Shown piece by piece: positions 13,401 to 24,650 of a DNA stretch of 64,000 nt. The translations under genes were made by a program, and so were the position numbers. A model generated the notes under the pieces. It searched no databases and was not told the origin of the DNA. It saw nothing but the letters and a program-made list of their open reading frames with translations. The stretch lies in NCBI GenBank assembly GCA_973895155.1, contig OZ316896.1, positions 20,076,754-20,140,753 on the forward strand, given 5' to 3'. The stretch's first letter is position 1. The number at the start of each line of letters is the position of its first letter. Source of the DNA: Marsupella aquatica (taxonomy: Eukaryota > Plantae > Marchantiophyta).

Positions 13401-14699
13401 TTGGTGACAAACAATAGGGCAGCTCAGTTTATGTGTCGGCAAAAAGGTCTCTCACTTTTCTCGATTCGGAATCTAACGGTGCCCTAGACACCTTTTGTTT
13501 CCCCACTTTTTCAGTGAAAGGTGGGGGGTAGTAATCTTAAGCGTGAATTTCAATTAACGATAGTAAGTACATTGCTGACTCAATATTGCTGATTCACTTA
13601 CGTATCTTCGTTTGTCAAGTGACGCTTACAAATTGCAATTACTAACAATTTCATGCATGATTTCTTAACAGTTTATAATTTTATATTTGCTTAAAGCCGC
13701 ACTGGCATGTTGCAAAACCTGATGAATCCTAACACAAGTCCAAAATGTTCTCAAGAAAGTAAGTTTTTTTACTCCTTTGTCGTTCACAAACCTGGTTGCA
13801 GGTGGTCATTTGAAAGAAACTTGCATTTGACAACAACTTGAAGTCACAATTTTGGGTCTTTAAAACTGCTAGATTAATTGAGTTGCATGGTTAAATATTA
13901 TGTACCATCCCACCCAAATCAGGACAAATTGTCATCCAGGACTTTCCCAACATGAAGGACCCGAAGGATCCAGTATCCTCTAAATCCCCATCAAAAAAAC
14001 AGAAAAGATTGTGAACCTTGCCAGTGCCAGTTGCGTGGCACTCTTTCAGGACTGCCTTCACTTTCCCATCCAAAATAAAAACAATATGCAGAGAAAGCCC
14101 TCTACCATAATATTGGCAGAGAGCTTGTTGGTGTCCTGCTTGAGTTTGGCCTCTCGTTGTTTATTAGAGTTCACTTTTCACTAAGTAAATAAAACATTCA
14201 GCAGCTAGTGAGGGCTCTAGACCTACAATAGTCTATTCCTTCTGTCTATCTGTCCATGTGGAGAAGCAACAGGTGAGGGCGAGTATGGTATATAAAAAAC
14301 TTTTTTTTATTAATTTATCCCAAAACTGGTAGATTCTTAACCTATCACACAATTAATTTAATTATCAGGTTGCCCACATTCTGTATACAGGTTTGCTTGA
14401 CTCAAATACTAAAAGGGACACATGGAGGCTCAAAATTTCCGGTGCTGACCATTTTCAACCTCAACCTCACCCTGGACCAGGTTACCCATCCAACACATTC
14501 ACCAGAATGCATGTGAAGACTACTGTCTACCAACCAAACCTCTGACTTGCATTTCAATGCAATAGTCACCTTCGCCATCGGAGGGAGTTAGCTTGCACAT
14601 AGTATAAACCTCCTTGTGTCCCTAAAGTAATTACATGTCATCTCAGGTTAATCTAGTCTGGTTAAGCAAACCCACTTACAAAATGAGACACAACCTGAT

Positions 14700-16100
14700 A
14701 ACTAAAGTGTGCAGGTAAGTCATTTTGATCAGTTTCAGGGTCAGGCAAGTGAAAACAGGAAGTGAAATTTCAACCAGTTTAGGTTTGTTCCGTGGAAGAC
14801 TGAAATACTGCACCCCAATCAAACCACCTAGACAATTAGTCTCTTGATAATTAAATTAATTTTAGATGCAGGTAAGTCATTTTGATCAGTTTCAGGACAG
14901 AAGAGTAAAAACCAGAGGTGCAATTCTATCAGTTTCTTTCAAGGATAGCTCTATCAGTTTCGGTTTGTCTAGTGGAAGACTGGAATTCTGCACCCTCTTC
15001 TCCTCATAAATTAGTCAAATGAATTTTAGACACAAGTAAGTCACTTTGATGTCACTTTGATTAATTTTGCGGTAAGGACAGTGAAAAACCGAAAGTGAAA
15101 GCTCTTTCAGTTTCAGTTTGTCCCAGTGGAAGACTAGAATACTGCATTCTCAATCATCAATCACACCAGATTGATAACTTGTCTCTTGATAATTAAATTA
15201 ATTTTAGACCCAGGTAAGTCAATTTGATCAGTTTCGAGGTCAGGATAGTACAAACCGGAAGTGAAAAGCTCTATCAGTTTCGGTTTGTCCAATTGAAGAA
15301 AATACGGCATTCCTAATCACACCAGATAGACAACTCCTTGCTTCATAATCTTACTAATAAAGTGCATAGTCTATAGTGAAACTTCTAGACGGTATCTCTC
15401 AATAGTACAAAACTGAAAAGTGAAGGTGGACCCAAAAAAAGGGATGGGAGCAAAGATGAAGAAAATTGACATTAACTCTAAATTAGTACAAAACTAAGAG
15501 TGACTCTCAATAAAGACAGAATAGAAGTGAGGGGGAAGAATGTTATTTTTTTAAATGGAGGCAAAGATGAACTAGAGCATCTTTGCTTCTAAGATTTTTT
15601 TTATCTTCATCTCAGTTTACTTTCAAAGAACTGGTAATCAGGATCAGGCTGGTTAAATTAATTGTAGACTCAGGTAAGTCATTTTGATCAGTTTTGGGGG
15701 TCACAAAAGTGAAAACCACAAGTGAAAGCTCTATCACTTTCAATTTGTCCAGCGGAAGACTAGAATACTGCACCCCCAATCACACCACAACAACAACTCG
15801 TCTCCGGATAATCAAATTAATGTCAGTCGCAGATAACCTCTCGTGATAATAGCATTAATTTTAGAAACGTCTCGTGATAATAGAATTAATTTTAGAAACG
15901 TCTCGTGATAATAGAATTAATTTTGTAAATGTCTCGTGATAAAAGAATTAATTTCAGACTCAGGTAAGTCACTTTGATAAGCTGCCGGCGTCAGGAAAGT
16001 AAAAACAACTGAAGTAAAAAGCGCGATGAGTGTCGGTCTGTCCCAGTGGAAGACTGGAGCACTGCGCCCCCAATCACACCGCCTCGACAACTCGTCTGCA
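14700..16100 (+). repeat. tandem array of six ~160-bp units with a nested 31-bp x4 subrepeat
   Basis: The anchor GTAAGTCA.TTTGAT occurs at 14715, 14872, 15036, 15214, 15674 and 15964, each followed by a GAAGA...ACTGCA-like block. TCTCGTGATAATAGAATTAATTTT x4 lies at ~15839-15957. Confidence 0.9.
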
Positions 16101-16399
16101 TGGCGCCCTCGGCCGTGGCGCTTCGGGCGCTTCGGACATACATGCCTTCCCGTGTGGTTTCCCTACACGGGTGTATGTATGTCAGGGCCGGGCTCCAGGG
16201 CCTGACTATAAACGGGACATCATGTGAGGGTCGGAACTCCGAAATTCGAACCCCGAACCTCGACGGACATGTGACCACCGTATGTGAAGGAAGGCAGGAG
16301 GCCATACGGAGTACATGGACCGCGAGGGCCGAGGCATGCGTCCATCATTGCGTGTGTCAGAGAGTCTCAGAAGTCTTTTCAGACTGGAGGACCTTACAG

Positions 16400-16750
16400 T
16401 CATCTGTACGGAGTGACGATTGAATGGGCCCGGATGACGTCATTGGTGACGAGGGGGATTCACTGCCCACTGGCATGATTAGGCGTGAGACCTAATTTAA
16501 TGCGGATTACGGCTAAGTACCCATTCAGCGGAGCATGGACGGCCTCGAACGTTGTTTGTCGATTGTCTTGAAAGATTCCGTTGGAGTTTGAGTTGTTCAA
16601 GCCGCTGGATTAAATCACTAACTTAATTAAAATAATAGTTTACTTACTAACTACAGTAGTTGGAGACGGTAAACATCATTATGGAACAGGTAATTTGTTT
16701 CAAAACTGAACGATGTGGAATAAACTTACCTCTGATTCTTAATGAAACCC
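16400..16750 (+). repeat. direct repeat, copy 1 (partner ~19535-19880)
   Basis: Collinear shared blocks ATGAC.TCATTGGTG, TGCCCACT.GCATGATTAGG and GTTGTTTGTCGATTG.CTTGAAAGATTCC. Confidence 0.8.
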
Positions 16751-19534
16751 CCCCCAAAAGATCAATTTTCACAACTCATGGGTGGGTTCTCACTTGTTTG
16801 TCTACTTTAAAATATGCCGTTGCTCAAACAAGGAGGAATTCAATTCAATGTGTGAACATAATATCCCTAACTAAAAACTGTTGTTCTTTTGTTAATGACA
16901 ACTACTTAGACACTCTCTATAGGTGAGTACTTAAACGAAGAGAGTTAAATGCTCAAAAAAATAAATACAGTCAACTTTTGTCAGCATTTTTCTTGACATG
17001 CAAATTCACATGCAATCAGGAGGGTTAGAATGACTCTCACACCATCTTCCTTCACAAGGGCCTTGCACCCTCTTCATTCAGCAGATATTGCAAAGGAGGT
17101 TGGTACGCATAAATACTTTTATTTTATTTTTTAAAAGAGGAAATCCATGAAATCCCACAGAAAGTGAAGAGTCCGCCACAATGCAAATTCCCTAGCATGA
17201 GGATACACCACATTAGCGAGGATGGTGACAAACAGGACAGAACATGTTTTCTGGAAAACAAAAAACTCATTGTCATGTTTTTGTTCATATTCGTGTAATT
17301 TATAGGGCGCTATAACATAAGTATTAAATGTAAAAAAAACCCAAAATATAAAAAAGAGATGTCATTTTTCACTATAGTAGTATAGTTACCTTTCAAGTGT
17401 TTTAAAATTATTTACTATGTAATTAGTTAGATAATTATCTCTAAAATAACATAAATAAGTAAGTAAATAATGGCTCATACCTGGTCCTCTATCTTTCGAT
17501 GAGAGAGATACCAACAAGAGATGATTGTGAATAGGGTACTGTCATTGTGTCACATTGCGTCAAAGAAACTGAGGAGCCATCTTCAGCTGAATTTTAAGTT
17601 TGAGTTTGAGTTGTGAGGTGAATGGTGGATATCGTATGATTGTGTAACTTGCGGACACTTAAAGAACCGTCATCAACTCAAGAAATGCAACATCAGAAAA
17701 TGTCCACCTCCCTTTCTCGATGAAGAGATGTCACAATCCCGTCACCGTCACAATCTTAGCCGTTGCAAATTGATTTCTTTCATTATGTCGCGATCGTTTG
17801 TCCGCAACGCTTGCTTCTAGGCATGAATTGTTTGCATCCCTCCAGGCTTCAACTGAAGCTCCTCTAAACACAGGTTGACGCCAAATGCAGCCTCTATGTC
17901 GAAGAAACAATCACTGGTCTCCCACTCGCACCATAGCTTTCTTAAATCAAAACAAATATCCGGTCTATTTGTGGCTGTAATGCGCAACATAACTCAAAAA
18001 CAATAAATTGGGAATGGTATAAACATGATTTCTCCAATGTGAAAGCAAAAATCATCAAGAAATTCAATTTCTTCACATTCAACCTTTCGTTTGATAAACC
18101 AGAGAGATCATCTTAACCAAATTGATCTCATCTATCTTCCATGTGTTCTCTTTTGTATGAGCACACACCAAGACTACCGGGAGACTCAAAATCATTGAGT
18201 ATCACCTTGCTACAAATTGATTTCACTTCATCACATACACATTCCTTGGATGAACATGGGGTCCATGGATTAATTGAACCCAAGACCTATCAGTCTCTAC
18301 TCAAATAAGCTACCACAAAGTCATGCATCTCTGGTCAAGTATGCATAAGTCCTAACGCTTCCATTTTGAAGATCATGATCCACTAAGGAAATTGATACTT
18401 TATTTATGATATAGAGCCCAAGGCTTCTGATAATCTCCATTTCTCTCAGTTGCCTTTTTCAGAAACTTACAAAAAAACTAAAAATTACAAAGATTTTGAT
18501 GTAAAATAGTGATATATCCTCGACAATACATCCAATCAGTTACTTTGTTGTACCTAGTTGCTTGTTGTCTTAAATTTCACTAATCATTTTTTTGATCTCT
18601 TACAGATCCTAGGTCTAACCCTTTCTCCTTGCTTTGCCTCAAACATGAATAATTGTGTTTGGTTTTTGTTGAAAATAGCATTGTTTCTGTTTGTGATTGA
18701 ATGTGATAATGTGGATGCACATGGTGTCCATAATTTTGGAAATCACCTCTCATGGCGGCCGTATAATTACATGTGTTCTACAAATGTATTCCGCTTCAAA
18801 ATCACAATGAATGAATGAACCATGTTGCATTATGTAAGTAATGCATCCATGCTTCGAGCCCTTCCCTCACCATCCGCATGCTTGTTAATGCATGCTCAAC
18901 TAATCTTAAAAGTGGAGTCAGGTTCAGCCCCTTTACAAATATGACAAATGCTCATGTTAGTTAAGTAGGGGGCCCATGCTCACTAATTTTAGTTATGGCC
19001 ATTTGACTGAATTCATCAAGTACCCATGCTTGGTTATTTGATTAGTGAGCCCATACTTGGCACATGCAAGATCAGCACCCCATGCAGTAGGCAAGGGTTA
19101 TGAATTAGGTTTCTGTAAAAGTCTCTCATTTTCAATAATTATTACCTTGAGATCATACTCACTTCAGATATTTTCCTGTAGTACTACATGACAAATAGGG
19201 GGCACTCATTGTTCATGGTAATCTGCTTATATTGCACCCATTCTTCCACTTTCCCAATTTCCACTATCAACAAATTAATATTTCACTTGTGATCTTAAAT
19301 CTAACTATTTAGTTGCAATCAACAGCTAATCTGGAGTGAACACTTGAGACAGTGACTCTGGCGGTGTAATGGAAATCGGGGGTCTCACTAGAAAACGGGG
19401 ATGGGAACAGGGCAAGTCTTTGAAAGTGTCGTAAGAGGCTATAATGGTTTCGCCAATATTTTAGTTCAAAAAATGGGCAGGCAAGCTAGTAAAAATATAA
19501 ATATATCAAATAACTCAAAGTAGGGGTGTAATAG

Positions 19535-19880
19535 AATGGAGTGAAACTATGAGAGAAGAATCCCAGGCAGCCCAAAATGACATCATTGGTGGTAAGGGTG
19601 CCCACTTGCATGATTAGGGACGGGGTTAATTTAATGTTGATTAATCTGAATTCTGAATTTAGCAAAGCATTGACGGCCACGAAGGTTGTTTGTCGATTGC
19701 CTTGAAAGATTCCACCGAATTTTTTAGCTGTATAAGCACTTGATTTTAATACTGACTTAATGAAATGAACAGTTAATTACACCACTGTAGTTGGGAACCG
19801 GTAAGCATAATAATGCATACGGTGACCTGTATTGTAACAAAACTTAAATGAAATTGCCTCAGATTTCAAAGAAACACAAA
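19535..19880 (+). repeat. direct repeat, copy 2 (partner ~16400-16750)
   Basis: Same collinear blocks as copy 1, in a more AT-rich version. Confidence 0.8.
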
Positions 19881-20228
19881 CTGTACAATGACAAGGTCTT
19901 ATATAATAAGGGAATGAGGTACTTTAATATACGGGAGATCCCCAAATCCAAGTTTGATGGGCACCCAAATCTAGAAATATATGTTTGATGGTTCCCTTGT
20001 GAAACTTTCTTACTTGATGGGCCTCTATAAAACTTTCTTATCTGATGGTCCAGCTTTTTACTATCCTGTCCCCCAAACTGAGCTAAATTACTAATCTACC
20101 CCCAGAATTATTTTTAATTGTTATGTGCCCCCCATGCTGTATATATGGGTTACATTAACTGTTTTAATTAACCCAAGGTGATTTCTCATTGGTAGACTAA
20201 CACATGGCGAGGCGCCATTGGCTCCGCC

Positions 20229-20774
20229 TTACCCTGGCCAAGCTTACCCTCACCCGGCTAGCTCTTTCCTATTAGTCGGTTCGGACCTCCACTTAGTTTC
20301 ACCCAAGCTTCATCCTGGTCATGGATAGATCACCCAGGTTCGGGTCCATAAGCACCTTATGGATTAACTGGAAAAATCCAACCTGTAGCGCCGGCTTGGG
20401 GTTTTTGAACAAGCCTTGCACAAACCAGGGCTGGCCCCTCCCCCTCGCAAGCTTCAATCCCAACTGGGATTCCAACCCTGATGACCTTGCTAGTTGGGTG
20501 CTGCAATTTCCCTTCAAAAACGGGGTCCCACACTCCATAGGGGCCTAAGGATCCTTGGGTCCCGATGATCCACCCTGCTCCCACTTTTCTGAAGGAAAGA
20601 GGCCCCTATAGTCTACATATTTTCCATGTGTAAACAAACCCACATTTGAGCCTACCGCCTGATTCGAGCTAGGTCATCGGGATTTAGAACTCGAGAGGGG
20701 GAGGGCTCATTCAAGAAATTCAGCCCTGTTATGGTAAAGAGCTAGCCCGGTGAGGGTAAACTCGGCCAGGGTAA
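20229..20774. mobile_element. MITE-like non-autonomous DNA transposon with 41-bp terminal inverted repeats
   Basis: 20229-20269 matches the reverse complement of 20734-20774 at 37 of 41 positions. The ends read TTA/TAA, compatible with a TA (Tc1/mariner) or TWA (PIF/Harbinger) target. Confidence 0.7.
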
Positions 20775-23700
20775 ATGCTCACTATTGTTGATGGCAAGCA
20801 TTTCTTTCCCCTGTATTGTGTGCTGCATTGTTTCCACTTCCTTATTATATCAACTTTCAACACCTAAATAGATTAAATATGATGTTAAATAGACATAGAA
20901 TGATATTAAATAAGTTCACATATCCGCATTTAATGAGTGCAATTAAACTGCGCAAGAAGACTCTCAAGCCCAAACTCTTCCATCTCCAGCTGCAAATGTG
21001 TCGTCACTGGCTTTTTGGTTGTTGTTGAGTGAATGCCTTATTCCCTAGTTTCGGTCCTCACAGGCTTCTTTTGACAGGACAGAAAGACACTACACCAACC
21101 ATGTTGTTAATGAAATACACATACTTTTTACACAAAAGGGCCAAATAGAGTACAAAAGAATAAACAAGAGAGGTCCCAAGTGGACAAAACCAAACACAAA
21201 AGAAATGAGCAAAAGAAAACCCCAAAAAACCAAGAAAGAGGAACTAAAACTACTGCAAATGGACCGAGGTCCTCATCATTCCTAGCAAATGTGATAAAAA
21301 ACTAATGGTCTACATCAAGGGTTGAAACAAAATCAGCAAGTGGGACTGGAATGTCCTCTAGGGGGCTAGCAGCTGCGGAGTCACACTAGCACTTCAATAA
21401 CTTTTCAAAGGTGACAATCAGAAGGGCTTGGCTAAGTCTTTAATGCAGGGCTGGGTTCTGAAGATCCAGGCGAGGGTACCCCATTTTCAGCAAAGCCACC
21501 CCAAAGTGGGTCCAATCACAGAGACTAAACAAGAACCGTGATTATCCAAGAGCTAGTCAAACCAAACCACCAGAGACCTGGTAAACAGATAACCCAGATA
21601 CTAGTGTAGTTGTTTAGGATTTTTTGGTTTCTGGCTAGAGTGACGTTGTGTGAAAAAGAAATACCGATATTGTAGTTATATAGAAATTTCCTATTTTAAT
21701 TTATGATCATTAGATCTCCCTATATTCAACTTAAGTGTCAGATTCTGGCTATTTGGGTCTATGGGTAGGTAAGAAACTGGCTAATTGACCACTAATTTAC
21801 CAGAAGTGGAGAAGACTATTTCCCTGAGGTGGAACTGGAAATGTTTGCCACTAAAAAAGCGCTGCCAGATACACCAGAGGACAAGTACTAGCAGGACCCT
21901 TAAAAAACGAAACCTTTTTTTTATCTTTATCTTCAAAGTCACTTAACATATTTTCAGAATAGTGTATTGAAATGAAGGAAATCTTCTACCTCGAATCAGA
22001 GGACCTGGAAGAACGATTAAAGCCTACAGCGCAAGAAACTCAGGAAAAACGTCTGTTTCTCTGGTTATCTAACTGACGTACGGTTCCAAAATCGTGTGCA
22101 CTGCTCCATAGATAGGGTAATCTACTACTGGTAGGGTGGTCTAATTTGCAATCCCAATATGAGTAAAACCTGAATATATTTTTGCACATAGCCAGGAAGG
22201 CTTAAGTTCTTTTAATATTTGGAACCAGCTGTGGATCCTAGTGGAGAGGATAGGCTTGGCTGATGGGGAAGAGTGGTGGTTCCTACACAGCTCATATAAA
22301 GCTAGCCAGAATGCCAGTGCCTATAATGGGTGGGCTCTTCATAGCTAGCCTAGACTGCATATTAAAAAAACTTGGTGCCAGATAAATTGTGGCCAATGAT
22401 ATCACTCTTTGGAGACTTAGATGATTAACTATGGCTTTTACTCTATGGAGTAAATCATGAAGGGCAGACTTCGATGAGCAATTCATGGCTTCATTCTATG
22501 AAGCAAATTTTGAGGGATGCACTTCAATGACAAATGATGGTGTAAATGTTATCTCCGACTACTAAAAGTAACTAGAGTTGTACGCAATATTGAAGGATGT
22601 TAATTTCCACATGATTACTATGTGTAAATGGTAGCTGGATTTTAAGGACTCTTAACGGTTAGGTTGACAGAACGATAACGGAAAGGAAGCCGTGTGCAGA
22701 ATTGGTCAAGCTAGACTGGGAATAATAGCACAGGATGGCATGCTGGTGGGCACAGAAACAACGTTAGGGTAGCCAGTTTGCATCACCTGTGATTGGATGG
22801 AACATCCAAGTACTAGACAATCTTACCAGATTCCTTTCTCATGATTCAAAATTTTCGAACAAAACACAGTGAATTGCCGTTGAGCACATGGTCATCCATT
22901 GCTGCTGTGCAAGTCACCATAGATAGAGTTCAGGACTGTCCTGCAGTGTGAGAATAATTATACGGTGTAACGCGGTATCTTGAGAGTATGACACCCCGAG
23001 ATCACACCACCCACACGCGTGCACAACCACTGATGCTAAGAACTCTGCATCTGACTATGAGCTAGGAGTGCCCTACTATTCGAACAGCCCGATCTAAAAG
23101 AATGCCAAATATTGTACCCAAACCAGTCTGAAGAGGTGTTATTGGTCCCTCCTTTGAATGGTTACATTGTCCTAAAAGAATACGGTCCTTGCTAGTTCCA
23201 TCACCTACAGCGTACTCTTAAAAATTGCACTGCACGGCTACAAAGTGATGTCGGAAAAATGTATACACATGTTGAACAAATCCAGTATAAACTTTTTGAG
23301 TAAGGTAATAATGAAGCAGAGAAGTTGAAAAAGAGAACTACGTCAAGTGGAGATTACCAGCTAAATGGAGAGTACTGTGCGGCAGGGAAAGAGAGCTTCA
23401 TTAATGTCTCTGGCTGAGTGACAATTGCAAAGTTATCGATTAATAGGGGAGTAAACCAGTCTCCCAATTCGCTGTTGAGAACACTGGATCACATCACAGC
23501 AATAAATGCCATCGAGTCTGGCAATATATTGAGATGTACGAATGCTGATTCACATTACACTAATCAAAAAGGTATATTACTTGTCTATTCGGAAAGACAA
23601 CAAATTAACCTTGCATTGGATGATTTCACAGATTTGTGAAAGTTCTTAGACAGTTATTCCCTCTGCTCCTCAGCCTTATTCTTCATCAAAATATCATGTA

Positions 23701-24579
23701 AGAGAGAAACACAATGCACTTCCTGAGAGCAATTAAGGTTTTAATGGAGAACAGGTATCTACGGTGCATTTCATCCAGGGAGACAGAATGATGTGATGTA
23801 AGATATGAGAGCGAAGTCATTACATAATCTCCGAATCAACACAATTTTCCAATACATAAAGGAGGTCTTGGTATAGGTCGCTTGCCAACTTATCGCATAT
23901 CGAGCCTGGCATGGGCTTTTTGGGCTGTCAGTGCATTGTAATACACCAAAGCTCATCCGTAGGCCTTGAATGAGTGTGATCTATCTATCCACTAGAATAG
24001 GAATGTGAACCGTAGACGAATTTTGGATACCCAGTCGTCCGCAATATCTTGGGGAATATCCTTTGAGGCCTCTTTATTTAATTTCGTCGTTCCACATTGT
24101 CTTAGAAAGATACGATGTTGTTCTTTAAGAAGCTGCATTTGTCAAAGGTCGAAAAGCACGAGGCCCTTATTTGAGAGTGAACGAACATGGATTCATTCAC
24201 TGTAAAATGTACTCACGCATAAAAGCATGGCAACAGGAAACATCAAGAGGAATCGGAAGTCAGCAAGCAGCTTAATGAGGATGGCTCTTAATGTAGGCTA
24301 GGTAGCCAAATGCCATTTTCTTGGCCATCGGTGCACACCCACTTCGTATTAGTTCAGTACACGCGTACTCATTCTGGAAAACATCCATATATTTATGCGC
24401 ATGAAGGCAGACGCAGAAGGGTCTCGTGCTCGGAGTTTGGTCTATAATTCCAAAACTGGGATGGTTCACAAAACGAGAGTTGCTCTACTGGTTGAAAACC
24501 TGGCGTTCCACTCCAAAACACGTAAGATGCGGATGGTTGTATCGACTGTTCCGAATTTGGTGTTCCCTTTGGTCTCAGT

Positions 24580-24650
24580 TCCTTGACACGCGTTTGTACG
24601 AGACTCCAGTTAGAATTCCTTGACACGCGTTTGTACGAAGACTCCACTTG
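24580..24650. repeat. 38-bp tandem duplication
   Basis: TCCTTGACACGCGTTTGTACGA followed by GACTCCA occurs twice in tandem. Confidence 0.85.

Noticed and set aside
14700-16100. CRISPR array or tandem snRNA genes
   Set aside because: Units are homologous along their whole length. The match to the U1 5' end (ACTTACCTG on the minus strand) is simply the splice-donor complement, with no further U1 sequence.
24395-24586. Peptide resemblance KADAEGSRARSL..MVH to a minus-strand frame near 18830-18890
   Set aside because: Short, not extendable and with no evident DNA similarity; probably chance.
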